From Candidatus Nealsonbacteria bacterium (GTDB taxonomy: Bacteria > Patescibacteriota > Minisyncoccia > Minisyncoccales > CAZKCU01), in assembly GCA_047456305.1 (NCBI GenBank), contig CP179888.1, positions 116,421 through 180,420 on the forward strand: a DNA stretch of 64,000 nucleotides, given 5' to 3'. The notes under the pieces were generated by a model. That model was not told the origin of the DNA, ran no database searches, and was given only the letters and a program-made list of their open reading frames with translations. Made by a program: the position numbers and the translations under genes. Numbering within the stretch: the stretch's first letter is position 1; every line of letters starts with the position of its first letter. This document shows, piece by piece, positions 7,609-18,243 of this stretch.

Positions 7609-8508
7609 ATGAAACACAAAATCTTTTTTATTTTATTTAATATATTACTTTTGGTTTTTTTATTCTCTGGAGTTAAAACGGTTGAAGCTTCTGACCAAAC
7701 AGAAATAGACAGATTGGTCCAACAAATTCAAATCCTTCAAAAAGAAATTCAACGTCTTAAAGCGCTGATTTCAAAATTTAAATTAGAAAAAGAAATCACC
7801 GCTGAATCGTATCTAGCAGTAAATCTTTCTGATAATTCAGTTGTTTTTGAAAAAAACGTTAATCGATTATATCCTATAGCTTCCATTACTAAATTAATGA
7901 CTGCCGTAGTTGCTTTTGAAAATATTGATATTAACCAAACAATAACTTTAACAGAAAAAATGCTTGAACCTTTAGGATATAGCCCATCTCTTTTTTGGGG
8001 TTTAAATGTCAGCGCAAAAAACCTTCTAAGGGCTAGCCTTATTCAATCAACTAATGATGCTGCTGAATCTTTAACTTATTTTTTAGAAAAGGGGAAATTT
8101 TTGGCTTTAATGAATCAAAAGGCAAAAGAACTTGATATGGTCAATACTTTTTTTTATGACTCCCATGGATTAAATCCCTCTAACCGTTCTACTGTTCCTG
8201 ACATCGCTAAACTTTTAACTTATATTTATGAAAATCATCCGGAAATTTTAAACATTACCAAAGATGATAATTTTTGGCTTCCTAATCAAAGGGGAAGATT
8301 GCTCAAATTTAAAAATGTCAATAATTTTTATCAAATTCCTGAATTTATTGGCGGAAAAACCGGTTATTTGCCAGAAGCTAAACAAACATTGGCCTCATTA
8401 TTTAATTTGAACGAAGAACCTATCACCATTATCTTGCTTTACTCCAAAAATCGCCAAACTGATATCTTAAAAATCCTTAACTGGTTCAAAAATAATTCTG
8501 TACTTTAA
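7609..8508 (+). CDS. dacA: D-alanyl-D-alanine carboxypeptidase (peptidase S11, PBP5/6-like), secreted
   Basis: Signal peptide. SxxK (ASITKLMT), SxN (QSTNDAA) and KTG (GGKTGY) active-site motifs in canonical order. N-terminal coiled-coil leader. Confidence 0.8.
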   Translation: MKHKIFFILFNILLLVFLFSGVKTVEASDQTEIDRLVQQIQILQKEIQRLKALISKFKLEKEITAESYLAVNLSDNSVVFEKNVNRLYPIASITKLMTAVVAFENIDINQTITLTEKMLEPLGYSPSLFWGLNVSAKNLLRASLIQSTNDAAESLTYFLEKGKFLALMNQKAKELDMVNTFFYDSHGLNPSNRSTVPDIAKLLTYIYENHPEILNITKDDNFWLPNQRGRLLKFKNVNNFYQIPEFIGGKTGYLPEAKQTLASLFNLNEEPITIILLYSKNRQTDILKILNWFKNNSVL

Positions 8509-8661
8509 TGAATAACTTTCAATAAATTAATAATGAATGCCTTTTTAAAAAAATCGCTGAAAAAGCGATTTTTATCATCCTATAATGCTCCGAGGGTGGG
8601 ACGTAATCAGAGCTTGGTTTTGGAAGAGATTTCCTAAATTAGAACCGATTAGGTTGAGTGA

Positions 8662-9522
8662 TTAGTCTATTACCCCCATGCATCTCCAGTTTATTTCTGC
8701 CTCTTTTGTTGCAATATTAACAACACAGGCAGGATTACAACCTTCTTTCTCGATATCTAGATCCATCCACCATGTCCCTGTATCTGCATTACACATAGAA
8801 AATTCTAAGTAGCCTTTTAACTGATCGCCACATTCACTTGTTATAGCGATTTGCATGGCTTCAAACAAACTCATACTTTCGCCAGTCGGCGCAACACAAT
8901 GTTCTTCTCCCTCTGTAAATGTTCTCCCATCTGGTGTTTTGCATTGGCGTGGATAACTTTCCAGTATTGGATAACCAGCTTTAATACAATCATTAAAGCT
9001 GTATACTTCTCGTACACACGTTTCACCGTTAAAACATTTACCTTTTCCACAATCACAAATTTTCACTTCATGGCTAGATGCTGGAGCACAACCACAAGCA
9101 CCAACCACACAAGTATCGGGAAAGTCACCTACTGAAAGACAGCATAGCCCCGTACTAACAGTGCCACCTGAATTTATGCAAGCCTGTTCTAATCCATCAA
9201 AAACTCCTTCACATAGACCCTCTACACACTTACAAGATGTCGGTACGAGACAAAAACATTCTCCACTTGATTCCCATTTATAGTCTTTATTGAAACAACC
9301 ACAATTACAATCTCTAGTTTTACCAAAAACAACACAATCGTCATCATTGACACAGTTTTTCCCATCTTTTTTTTCCTCTGGCTTCTCTGTCTCGGGTAAT
9401 TCAGTAGGAGGAACTTCCTGTTGTTTTATCCAACCCAAAATTCCGCTGCCAACTACCACAGCTAAAACCAATACAATAATAATATATTTCCAATTAGTTC
9501 GAGGGTCTTTGAGAAAATTCAT
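8662..9522 (-). CDS. Membrane-anchored, extremely cysteine-rich extracytoplasmic protein (~40 Cys) with the shared C-terminal module
   Basis: 286 aa. TM anchor IIIVLVLAVVVGSGILGW. Central region dense in CxC, CxxC and CC motifs. C-terminal 65 aa paralogous to 2708..3088. Confidence 0.6.
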   Translation of the reverse strand: MNFLKDPRTNWKYIIIVLVLAVVVGSGILGWIKQQEVPPTELPETEKPEEKKDGKNCVNDDDCVVFGKTRDCNCGCFNKDYKWESSGECFCLVPTSCKCVEGLCEGVFDGLEQACINSGGTVSTGLCCLSVGDFPDTCVVGACGCAPASSHEVKICDCGKGKCFNGETCVREVYSFNDCIKAGYPILESYPRQCKTPDGRTFTEGEEHCVAPTGESMSLFEAMQIAITSECGDQLKGYLEFSMCNADTGTWWMDLDIEKEGCNPACVVNIATKEAEINWRCMGVID

Positions 9523-9630
9523 ACTATCTAATTATAACCCGTAATGTTCCACAAAACAAAAACCCGAGAAAAACACTCAGGTATGGTAACTCCTCCTCTA
9601 CAGACCTTTCGAAGCTGTATACTAAAGGTA

Positions 9631-9666
9631 AAAAGCCAATAGAGAATTCCCTATTGGCTTTTGTTG
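9631..9666 (-). terminator. Bidirectional intrinsic terminator hairpin (agccaatag-agaattcc-ctattggct) with T-runs on both strands
   Basis: Perfect 9-bp stem seen at 9633-9660, flanked by ttttg on plus and tttttacc on minus. Lies 3' of 9733..10020. Confidence 0.55.
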
Positions 9667-9732
9667 TCCTATTTACTTACAAACAGAACTTTTAAACTTA
9701 AAAGGTATGTATCACAAAAGTCTAAAATTTTA

Positions 9733-10020
9733 TCAAATTGCTAAAGATTTCTCTTTCTCTAAAATCACAAAATTCTGAAAAGTCTCACAACGCGTGTTAA
9801 TCCATCGGTCAGGTTCTTCTTTGCCCATAGTGACATCTTTAACCTCTATTAGAGAAACCATATGCTCCTCTACTTTTGCTACCGTGCCCTCCAAATTCTT
9901 AAAAGGCCTCGTCCACATAACCCTTACTCTTTTTCCTATCAAGGATTTCATTTGAGCTTCCTCCATTTTTAAATTTTTAAATAGCATCTTTACTATAACA
10001 AACTTTATAATTTTTGTCAA
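9733..10020 (-). CDS. Small hypothetical protein (possibly Sm-like/beta-barrel; real start probably internal Met)
   Basis: ORF. KSLIGKRVRVMW...GTVAKVEEHMVSLIEV has an Sm/KOW-like flavour. This is weak. Confidence 0.3.
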   Translation of the reverse strand: MTKIIKFVIVKMLFKNLKMEEAQMKSLIGKRVRVMWTRPFKNLEGTVAKVEEHMVSLIEVKDVTMGKEEPDRWINTRCETFQNFVILEKEKSLAI

Positions 10021-10162
10021 CCCTCAAAATCGGACTTCTTTAAACCTATCAATTTATGAAAAACAACCTTCAAAACTATTGCTAAATCTAATTTATATAA
10101 TTCCCACAAAAAAAATCAAGCCCTAATGGCTTGAAAATCGCTGCGCCGTGGGTTGAACAATG

Positions 10163-10564
10163 TCAGAACCTGTTTTGTTTTTTAATAAATAACACAATGC
10201 TTCCTATTGCTCCTACTAAAAACCCCATTGGACAGACAACAATTGCCAAAGTAAAAAAGAAAGACTCTTCTGCCTGAATTAAACCAGAAATGAAATTATG
10301 TAAGAGAGAACTGAGAAAAAATCCAGTAGCTGAAGCTCCGGTTAAGACTAAAAACTTCTTTAATTTTCCCCCTGTTTTTTCCTTAAGAATTAAAACTAAC
10401 AAGATTATACCTAGTAAACTAAAAAGGACTGAGGGTATCAGAAATATTTTAGAACCTCTAAATAAATCTCTAAAAACTGGAACGAAAAACTCACCCAACA
10501 AAACAAGAAAAACTCCCACTAATGTCCAGAATACTATCATTGTAGATTGTTTTATAGTTCCCAT
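10163..10564 (-). CDS. Hypothetical polytopic membrane protein (4 TM)
   Basis: 133 aa with four hydrophobic segments. Confidence 0.45.
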   Translation of the reverse strand: MGTIKQSTMIVFWTLVGVFLVLLGEFFVPVFRDLFRGSKIFLIPSVLFSLLGIILLVLILKEKTGGKLKKFLVLTGASATGFFLSSLLHNFISGLIQAEESFFFTLAIVVCPMGFLVGAIGSIVLFIKKQNRF

Positions 10565-10643
10565 AATTATTTTATTCTACCAAAAAACCGCCTGCTTGGC
10601 GATTTCTTAGGCGGCTCGGTCGCAAGAACCGAGCACTAGCCTG

Positions 10644-10715
10644 CTCCGGGGGCGCGATTCGAACGCGCAACAAACGCCTTAACAGGGCGCCGTTCTACCA
10701 TTGAACTACCCCGGA
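10644..10715 (-). tRNA. tRNA-Asn (anticodon GTT)
   Basis: Hand-folded cloverleaf: TCCGGGG|TA|GTTC-AATGGTA-GAAC|G|GCGCC-CTGTTAA-GGCGT|TTGTT|GCGCG-TTCGAAT-CGCGC|CCCCGGA|G. 72 nt, no encoded CCA. Confidence 0.85.
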
Positions 10716-10774
10716 ATGTCTTTTTAATTATAGTAAAATTTAAAAATTGAGTCAATCAGTAATTGGAAATTATC

Positions 10775-11953
10775 TTAATAGCCTTTCAATTTTTTTAGTT
10801 TCCGGTGTTCTCTTATTCTCTCAAGGGATTTGGCTTCAATCTGACGAATTCTTTCCCGAGTCACGCCAAATTCCTGACCTACTTCTTCTAAAGTATGAGT
10901 AATTCCATTTTCCAGGCCAAATCTCATTGCCAGTATCTTTTGTTCTCTTGGGGTCAAATCAACCAAAATTTCTTTTAACCTCTCTCTAAGAAGATTCCGA
11001 GCTGCCTCAAGCGAAGGCGGAATTACTTTTTCATCTTCAATAAATTCAACTAAAATACTATCTTTTTCATCTCCTATCGGAGTTTCCAAAGAGACTGTCT
11101 CCTGAGAAATCTTCATTATATGATGAACTTTGTCAACATTAATCCCCATTTCAGCTGCAATTTCCTCTGGTAGAGGTTCTCGGCCAAGGTCCTGTAAAAT
11201 CCTTCTTCTAGCCTTATTGTATTTTGACATAGTTTCCACCATATGAACCGGGATGCGAATGGTCCTCGCCTGATCGGCTAAAGCTCTGGTAATGGCCTGG
11301 CGAATCCACCAGGTAGCATAAGTAGAAAATTTATAACCTCTTCTCCAATCAAATTTTTCTACTGCCCGAAAAAGGCCAAGATTTCCTTCCTGAATTAAAT
11401 CGAGGAGAGTTAAATTTGGCGATCTGCCAATATATCTCTTGGCAATCGAAACTACCAATCTTAAATTAGCCCTGGCTAATTTTTTTCTGGCTTTCTCATC
11501 TCCTTTCTCAATCTTTTTGGCTAATCTTTTTTCTTCGTCGGCCGTCAAAAAGGATACTTTACCAATTTCTTTTAAATACATCTGAATGGGATCGAGTCTT
11601 AATTTTAAAGACCTTTTTTTTAAAGCCTTCTCTGGAACTTCTTCCAACTCTAAAAATTCTTTAGCCTCTTTTACTTCAATCCCCTCTTTTTCCAGGTTCT
11701 CATAAAGATTCTCTAATCCTTGAATATCTTTTTCTATTTCTGGGAAAAAATGTAAAATTTCTGAAATAGTAACAAAACCTCGCTGTTTTCCTTTTTCGAT
11801 TAAATCTTGAAGTTTTTCTGATAAAAGAACTTTTTTCTTTCTCATCCTCTTTCTAACTATTTTCTTTTTTCTCTTTATTTTCCGGCGTCCTTTCTTTACT
11901 TTTCTTTTTTTGGGAATTAAGGTCTTCTTTTTTATTTTTTTCTTTTTTTTCAT
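10775..11953 (-). CDS. rpoD: RNA polymerase sigma-70 factor RpoD (N-terminal poly-Lys region, true start uncertain)
   Basis: Region 2 motifs [40 protein letters not shown]. Region 4 [15 protein letters not shown]...[20 protein letters not shown]. Confidence 0.9.
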   Translation of the reverse strand: MKKKKKIKKKTLIPKKRKVKKGRRKIKRKKKIVRKRMRKKKVLLSEKLQDLIEKGKQRGFVTISEILHFFPEIEKDIQGLENLYENLEKEGIEVKEAKEFLELEEVPEKALKKRSLKLRLDPIQMYLKEIGKVSFLTADEEKRLAKKIEKGDEKARKKLARANLRLVVSIAKRYIGRSPNLTLLDLIQEGNLGLFRAVEKFDWRRGYKFSTYATWWIRQAITRALADQARTIRIPVHMVETMSKYNKARRRILQDLGREPLPEEIAAEMGINVDKVHHIMKISQETVSLETPIGDEKDSILVEFIEDEKVIPPSLEAARNLLRERLKEILVDLTPREQKILAMRFGLENGITHTLEEVGQEFGVTRERIRQIEAKSLERIREHRKLKKLKGY

Positions 11954-12042
11954 TTACCGAGCCCCGCCCTGCTCCGCAGAGCGGGGCGAAGGTGGAGATA
12001 AAACTTTAGTTTCATCGACTTATCGATTATTAATTATCACGA

Positions 12043-13875
12043 TTATGAGGTCTCCAAATCGCGGAGCGATTTGGAACAAGAATTAAATTCTCCCAAAAGT
12101 TTTTTAATCTTTTGGGAATCTTTTTCTTCTTCGGCTTTTTTAATATCTTGAGAAAATTTATCTAATTTATTTTTAATTTCTAAGATTTTGATTTCCCTGA
12201 GGCAGTTTTTAAATTCTTCTTTTGCATCCTCCAAATCTAATTCCTCAACTTCTGCTTTTAAGGAAAGATAATTTATCAAATCAATAAGTTCAAGAGGTAA
12301 ATTTTTCTTAAGGGCTTTGATTTGTTTTGGGTCGCCAGGGGATAAACCTGTAGTAGAAGAATCTTGAGTTTTTTTGAAATATCTTAAAATCTGAGAAATT
12401 TGAGGAGAAAAAAAAGAAATCTCTTTTTCAGTAATTAAATCAAGGTTTTCTGGAGATTTTAAAATGAAGGTCATTATCTGTTCTTCCAAGAGTTCCTGCC
12501 GGGATTTTTGCCTTGCTGCAGAAGAATTCTCTTTTCTCTCGCTGTCTTCTTCCAATCCAAAGTAAACAGGGGATAAATCTTTTGTTTTTTTTAATTCTTC
12601 TTCTATATTCTCCTCTTTTACCTCTAATTTTTTAGCAAGTTCTTGAATCCAAAAAGCCTGTTCAATTTTATTTGGGATTCTTTTTATGACTGGCAATAAA
12701 ATCTTTGAAATCTCTCTCTTTCCTTCAGGAGTCTTTGGGTCTAAGAGAGCAAAAGCAGTTTTAAAATAAAAATCAAGAATTGATTTTGCTTCCCCAACCA
12801 GTTTTTCCCAATCCTTTGGGTTTTTGGAAACAATATCTGCAGGATCTGAAGCCTGGGGCATAGTAATCACTTTTATATTAAAACCTCTGGCCTGGGCTAA
12901 ATCTATTCCACGCTTCGTAGCAGTATCACCGGCAACATCCATATCAAAAGCAGTCAGAAGATTTTCTGAATATCTTTTTAGAATTTTGAGTTGATAAGGA
13001 GTCAAAGCAGTTCCTGAGGTTGCCGCCACATTAGCATTGCCTGCCTGGGAAACCATAATCACATCAGTATATCCCTCAACCAGAATACAGAAATCTCGTT
13101 TCCTAATTTCTCCTTTTGCTTTATCTAAACCGTATAAAACTCGACTTTTATCATAAAGCAAAGTGTTAGGGGTATTAACATATTTGGCGATTTCTTTTTT
13201 GTCTTTTTCTTTAAAAACTCTGCCCCCAAAACCTACTACTTGGGAATTTAAATCAAAAACCGGAAAAATAATTCTCCCTCTAAATCTATCGTAAAAAGAA
13301 CCTTTTTCAGAAGATAGTCCTAATCCAGCTTTTTTAATTTCTTCTTGACCGTAACCTCGAGAAGTTAAAAAGTCGGCCAACCCCTGCCAAACATCGGGAG
13401 CATAACCTACTCGCCATTTTTTTATACTTTCTTCTTTTATTCCTCTATCTAAAAGATATTTTTTTGCTTCTTTGCCCGTTTTGCTTTCTTCAAGTTGTTT
13501 TCCAAAAAATCTTGTTGCCAAATCACAAACCTCATAAAGCCGGTTTCTTTCTGTTTGCCACTTTTTGTATTCCGGCGTTTGCCGTTTTAATTCAACTCCG
13601 GCTTTTTGGGCTAAAATTCTTAAGGCATCTCCAAACTCAACTCCTTCTATTTTCATTACAAATTTGAACATGTCGCCCCCTAAACTGCAACCGCCAAAAC
13701 AATGCCATATTTGACGAGCCGGACTAACAAAAAAAGAGGGCTTTTTTTCTGAATGAAAAGGGCAGAGAGCTCTATAGTTAGCTCCAACTTTTTTTAATTG
13801 AATATAACTTCCAATTACTTCGACAATGTCTAATCTCTCTTTAATTTCGTCAATTGGAGAATCTTGCATAAACAA
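12043..13875 (-). CDS. dnaG: DNA primase DnaG
   Basis: CHC2 zinc ribbon CPFHSEKKPSF...CFGGC. TOPRIM ILVEGYTDVIMV. Canonical dnaG-rpoD arrangement. Confidence 0.9.
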   Translation of the reverse strand: MFMQDSPIDEIKERLDIVEVIGSYIQLKKVGANYRALCPFHSEKKPSFFVSPARQIWHCFGGCSLGGDMFKFVMKIEGVEFGDALRILAQKAGVELKRQTPEYKKWQTERNRLYEVCDLATRFFGKQLEESKTGKEAKKYLLDRGIKEESIKKWRVGYAPDVWQGLADFLTSRGYGQEEIKKAGLGLSSEKGSFYDRFRGRIIFPVFDLNSQVVGFGGRVFKEKDKKEIAKYVNTPNTLLYDKSRVLYGLDKAKGEIRKRDFCILVEGYTDVIMVSQAGNANVAATSGTALTPYQLKILKRYSENLLTAFDMDVAGDTATKRGIDLAQARGFNIKVITMPQASDPADIVSKNPKDWEKLVGEAKSILDFYFKTAFALLDPKTPEGKREISKILLPVIKRIPNKIEQAFWIQELAKKLEVKEENIEEELKKTKDLSPVYFGLEEDSERKENSSAARQKSRQELLEEQIMTFILKSPENLDLITEKEISFFSPQISQILRYFKKTQDSSTTGLSPGDPKQIKALKKNLPLELIDLINYLSLKAEVEELDLEDAKEEFKNCLREIKILEIKNKLDKFSQDIKKAEEEKDSQKIKKLLGEFNSCSKSLRDLETS

Positions 13876-13998
13876 CTATATTTATTTTAATACATTTTTT
13901 AAAAAAAACAACTTTTAAACCATTTGACATCATACCTTTAAGCGATACAATAAATGTATCCCGTTGATAAAATTAACGGGATTTAAAAATATTTTACT

Positions 13999-15333
13999 AT
14001 GGCTAAAAAGCCGAAAATAAATAAAGTTCTATTTCTGCAGTGTTTTCCTTTATGGGGATGTGGTTCTGGAACTTACACCAGAGAATTAGCCACCGAAATT
14101 AACAAAGCCAAAAAGATAAAAACAGCTATAGTCTGTCCAGAAAGTAAAGAAAAACATGCCGGAGTAAAAATTTATCCTTTAGAATTACCCTTTCCGGTTG
14201 CTTTTACCGGGCATCCTGATTGGCCTGTTTGTAGACTCTATAAAGATCTAAGTCCTAAGGAAATATCTCAGGTCTTTAATTTCTTTTTAAGAAGCGTAAT
14301 AAGAGCAGTCGATGATTTTCACCCAGACCTAATTCATGTTCAACACATTTCCCTTTTTTTATGGGTAGCAAATTTTATAAAAGCACTATACGGGATAAAT
14401 TTTATAGTTACTTCACATGGAACAGGGGTTTTAACTGCTTCCGAAAAGAAAATTTTTATTGCCTCCTCCCAGGATGCTTTAAGAAGAGTAAAAAAAATAG
14501 TAGCTGTAAGCGGTGACACAAAAAGTTGGCTGTTAAGGGTCTTTGGCAAAGAGTTTTCTCGTAAGACAAGAATTATTCCCGGCGGTATTTATCTTGAAAA
14601 TTTCCCACCAGAGAGAAAAATAAGAATTATTAATAAAAAATATAAACTGAAAGATAAGAAAGTTGTTCTTTTTTCAGGGAAGCTTACTCCTCAAAAAGGT
14701 GTTTTCTATCTTATAAACGCAGCCAAAGACATAAAAGGAGATATTTATATACTCGGAGATGGACCTGAAAAGAAAAACTTAGAGGATTTAACATATAAGT
14801 TGAAGTTGGAAAATGTTCACTTTCTCGGTTATATGGGAGACGAGAAAAAAGAGGAGTTAGAAGAATTTTACTACCGGGCCGATATCTTTGTTGCTCCTTC
14901 TGTTTGGGATGAACCTTTAGGGCTTGTAATTTTAGAAGCAATGGCTGGCAAGACCCCGGTAATTGCTACCAGAAAGGGAGGAATTCCTCTGGCAGTAAAG
15001 GATGGAATAAACGGATTTTTGGTTAGACCAAAGAACAGCCGGCAAATAACAGAAGCCTGTAATAAATTATTAGAAAACGATGAATTAAGAAAAAAACTGG
15101 GAGATGCAGCAAGACAGACGGTCGAGAAAAAATTCACCTGGAAGAAAACTGCTCAAAAATACATAAGGATTTATAAAAAAGCTTATACGAATGGGAATAA
15201 TAAGAAAAACGGCAAGAAAAAAGCTACGGTTAAACAAAAAAAGAGAAAGAAAAAATATCCTGCTCTCTTAAGATTATTTAGGATAAAAACACCAAAAATT
15301 AGAATAAAAAGACCAAAAAAAAGAGCTTCTTAA
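13999..15333 (+). CDS. GT4-family glycosyltransferase with Lys-rich C-terminal tail
   Basis: EPLGLVILEAMAGKTPVIATRKGGIPLAVKDGINGFLV is the GT4 C-terminal Rossmann EX7E region. Confidence 0.85.
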   Translation: MAKKPKINKVLFLQCFPLWGCGSGTYTRELATEINKAKKIKTAIVCPESKEKHAGVKIYPLELPFPVAFTGHPDWPVCRLYKDLSPKEISQVFNFFLRSVIRAVDDFHPDLIHVQHISLFLWVANFIKALYGINFIVTSHGTGVLTASEKKIFIASSQDALRRVKKIVAVSGDTKSWLLRVFGKEFSRKTRIIPGGIYLENFPPERKIRIINKKYKLKDKKVVLFSGKLTPQKGVFYLINAAKDIKGDIYILGDGPEKKNLEDLTYKLKLENVHFLGYMGDEKKEELEEFYYRADIFVAPSVWDEPLGLVILEAMAGKTPVIATRKGGIPLAVKDGINGFLVRPKNSRQITEACNKLLENDELRKKLGDAARQTVEKKFTWKKTAQKYIRIYKKAYTNGNNKKNGKKKATVKQKKRKKKYPALLRLFRIKTPKIRIKRPKKRAS

Positions 15334-15360
15334 TTGGACAGAGTAGTTTTACATAAATTA

Positions 15361-15390
15361 AAAAAGGGCTTTATTGAAAGCCCTTTTTAA
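15361..15390. terminator. Bidirectional terminator hairpin (aaagggcttt-attg-aaagcccttt) between convergent genes, overlapping the stop of 15371..15916
   Basis: Perfect 10-bp stem flanked by A/T runs on both strands. Confidence 0.5.
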
Positions 15391-15916
15391 GTGTATTAAG
15401 CGCTATTGGAATTTCTTTTTCCAAAAACTCTTTTAGTTTCACCATTTGTGGCATGGTGAACATCCTGCCTTTATATTTCTCTTCTATTATTTGTTCTTTG
15501 TAAGTCGCCAGATAAGCAGGATCTCCCCAGTGGGGGTCGGCAGGAAGTCGAGGATAAACATGAAGATGAACTTTCCTTTTCTCTTTTCCTTTTTTTACTT
15601 CTCGAAGACCGCCGTTTGGTTTTCTAAAGGACCAGTTAGCATTGCATTGGATATTAGCATGAGGGGATATTCCTGTTTTCTCCACTGCTTTCTGAACCAC
15701 AGCCGCTATCACGCTTATTTTGGCGAAAAAGACATAATTCTGGTAAGGAACTTTTACTGCCCCTTCCTTGTGTTCCACTAAAATATGGCCTCCGTGGTCA
15801 GCAGGACGATTCGGGTTCTCGAGAGTTCTTACTCGAAATCCACCATCTTCCCAGAGCACCCAGTAAGGCAAATCTGCGTCTTTAATAAACTCAACACTTT
15901 CTATCTCAGCTTCCAT
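15371..15916 (-). CDS. HIT/GalT-like nucleotidyltransferase-fold protein (tentative), embedded in the GT cluster
   Basis: 181 aa. His-containing motif KVHLHVYPR and HGGHILVEH suggest a degenerate histidine-triad-like fold. Not a confident assignment. Confidence 0.35.
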   Translation of the reverse strand: MEAEIESVEFIKDADLPYWVLWEDGGFRVRTLENPNRPADHGGHILVEHKEGAVKVPYQNYVFFAKISVIAAVVQKAVEKTGISPHANIQCNANWSFRKPNGGLREVKKGKEKRKVHLHVYPRLPADPHWGDPAYLATYKEQIIEEKYKGRMFTMPQMVKLKEFLEKEIPIALNTLKKGFQ

Positions 15917-16070
15917 TTTTTTCTCCTTTTTCTGTATTTTTTCTTTTTTATATTTTCAATGAACATTTACATTATACACCTTTTTATCAGATTTGTCAAT
16001 AGTTATTCCTTTCCATCTCTGTTATGGTATTATAAATTATTAAAGATTAATTGCATTCTAATTAAAAAAC

Positions 16071-17132
16071 ATGAATAAAAAACTAAAAATCGCAATTATA
16101 GTTCCCCCTTTCACTACTGTTCCCCCGCCCGGGCAAGGAGGAACAGAAAGAATTGCCCAAGAAATGATAGAGGGTTTTGTAAAAAAGGGTTATAAAGTAA
16201 CTCTTTTTGGGGCAGGAAAATATAAAGGTTCAGCTAAATTTATTCAGATTTTCAAAAAGACAATAACTGAAAGAAAAATAGATACCACTTATATAGAATC
16301 TTCCCGTCCTCTACGGATTGAGAGTGCTTATATAGCTAGGGTAATGAGGGAAATTATAAAAAGAGAGGGAGAATTTGACGTTATTTTCAATCACGCCCGA
16401 GGCGGTTACCTCTTCTTACCCCTTTCTCTTTTTATTAAAACTCCGATAGTTAGTATTTTACACTTGCCAATCTTCAAGGAAATTGCCGATGTTCTTTCCT
16501 CTTATAAAAAACCAAATGTTATTACTATATCAAATAATCAAAGAAAGGGATTTACTAACATTAACTATTTGGGAACTGTCTATAATGGGATAAATCTTTC
16601 AGAGTTTGAATTCTGTCAAAAACCAAAAGATTATTTTCTCTATATGGGGGCTTTGGGAGAACATAAAAATCCCAAAGATGCTATTTTGGCAGCAAAAAGA
16701 GCTAAAGTTAAATTAATTTTAGCTGGAGGAAAAAAGAGGGAACCCTATTTTTCGAGAAAAATAAAACCTTTAATTGACGGTAAACAAATTAAATATATTG
16801 GAGAAGTTCGAGGTAAAAAACGAATTGATTTAGTGAAATACGCCAAAGCTTTTCTTTTTCCAATTAAATGGCCAGAGCCTTTTGGCTTGGTAATGGTAGA
16901 AGCGATGGCCTGCGGAGTTCCAGTAATCGCTTATCCTAATGGAGCGGTTCCCGAAGTTGTGAAAGATAAAAAAACTGGTTTTATTGTAAAAAATGTTAAT
17001 GAGATAACCAAAGCAATTAAAAATATAGACAAAATTAATAGAAGAACATGCCGAGAACGAGTTAAAAAATATTTTTCTATTGAGAAAATGGTTGATGATT
17101 ATGAAAAGATAATTAAAAAATTATTAAGATAA
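16071..17132 (+). CDS. GT4-family glycosyltransferase (paralog 1 of tandem triplet)
   Basis: N-terminal glycine loop PPPGQGGTERI. C-terminal EPFGLVMVEAMACGVPVIAYPNGAVPEVV...KTGFIV. Confidence 0.85.
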   Translation: MNKKLKIAIIVPPFTTVPPPGQGGTERIAQEMIEGFVKKGYKVTLFGAGKYKGSAKFIQIFKKTITERKIDTTYIESSRPLRIESAYIARVMREIIKREGEFDVIFNHARGGYLFLPLSLFIKTPIVSILHLPIFKEIADVLSSYKKPNVITISNNQRKGFTNINYLGTVYNGINLSEFEFCQKPKDYFLYMGALGEHKNPKDAILAAKRAKVKLILAGGKKREPYFSRKIKPLIDGKQIKYIGEVRGKKRIDLVKYAKAFLFPIKWPEPFGLVMVEAMACGVPVIAYPNGAVPEVVKDKKTGFIVKNVNEITKAIKNIDKINRRTCRERVKKYFSIEKMVDDYEKIIKKLLR

Positions 17133-17148
17133 AATAATTGTAATATAC

Positions 17149-18243
17149 ATGAAAATTCTCATTGTCTCACTGCTACTAAGAAAAGTTACTCCAAGAATTA
17201 CTGCTGCAAGGCCAAGAGTTATTTTTGATTTAGTTTCCACGCTTTTGGAAAAAGGACACAAAGTTTCAATTTTAGGAACTGGAAATAGTTTTGTTCCCGG
17301 GGCAAAAATCATTCAAGTAATTCCCAAATCTTTTATAGAAATGGGGGCTTTTGAAAATCCTTTTTATGCTCACACTGCTTTTTTGACTAAAATGGCAAAA
17401 ACCTTTGAAAAGATTGGAAACAACTTTGATATTATTCACAACCATTGTTATCCCGAATTTATTCCATTACTTATTAAAAAAAATATTAAAACTCCAATAA
17501 TTACCACCATCCACGCTCAAATGACCACAGAGCTTGACGAAACTCTTTCTCTTTTTAAAAAGAGTTATTTTATTTGTATTTCTAAAGCCGCCAAAAAATT
17601 AGCTAAAAAAACAAAAATTTACAAAGTAATTCATAATGGAGTAGATACCGAGTTGTATAAATTTTCTGCCAAAAAGGAGGATTATCTTTTATGGATTGGA
17701 AGGTTAAGCTGTGCCAAAGATAAAAAAGGGGTTTTTATGGATCCTAAAGGCATAAGATGGGCAATAAAATTAGCTAAAGAAACCAATTCAAAACTTTTGT
17801 TAGCTGGTAAGGTTGAAGCCCCTGGATTTTTTGAGAGAGATGTTAAACCTTATTTAAATAAAAAAATTAAATGGATAGGGCCGGTTTCTCCTGAGCAGTC
17901 ATTAACCAAAAAAGAGGTTGCAAAACTGATGCAAAAAGCAAAAGCATTCTTAATGACTGTTAACTGGCAAGAGCCCTTTGGTTTGGTAATGGCCGAAAGT
18001 ATGAGTTGTGGCACGCCGGTTATTGGCTTTAATCGTGGAGCCGTTTCAGAACTTGTAGCGGATGGAAAAACTGGCTTTGTAGTTAAGCCAAAGCGAGGGA
18101 TTAACGGGTTAAAAAAAGCTTTAAAAAATATAGATAAAATAAACCCTGAAGATTGTCGAGCCCATGTTGAAAAAAACTTCAGCTTAGAAAAAATGGTTGA
18201 GAATTATGAGAAAACTTATAGAGAAATTATGAAATTATGGTGA
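17149..18243 (+). CDS. GT4-family glycosyltransferase (paralog 2)
   Basis: EPFGLVMAESMSCGTPVIGFNRGAVSELV...KTGFVV. C-terminal KNIDKINPEDCRAHVEKNFSLEKMVENYEK matches the neighbours. Confidence 0.85.
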   Translation: MKILIVSLLLRKVTPRITAARPRVIFDLVSTLLEKGHKVSILGTGNSFVPGAKIIQVIPKSFIEMGAFENPFYAHTAFLTKMAKTFEKIGNNFDIIHNHCYPEFIPLLIKKNIKTPIITTIHAQMTTELDETLSLFKKSYFICISKAAKKLAKKTKIYKVIHNGVDTELYKFSAKKEDYLLWIGRLSCAKDKKGVFMDPKGIRWAIKLAKETNSKLLLAGKVEAPGFFERDVKPYLNKKIKWIGPVSPEQSLTKKEVAKLMQKAKAFLMTVNWQEPFGLVMAESMSCGTPVIGFNRGAVSELVADGKTGFVVKPKRGINGLKKALKNIDKINPEDCRAHVEKNFSLEKMVENYEKTYREIMKLW

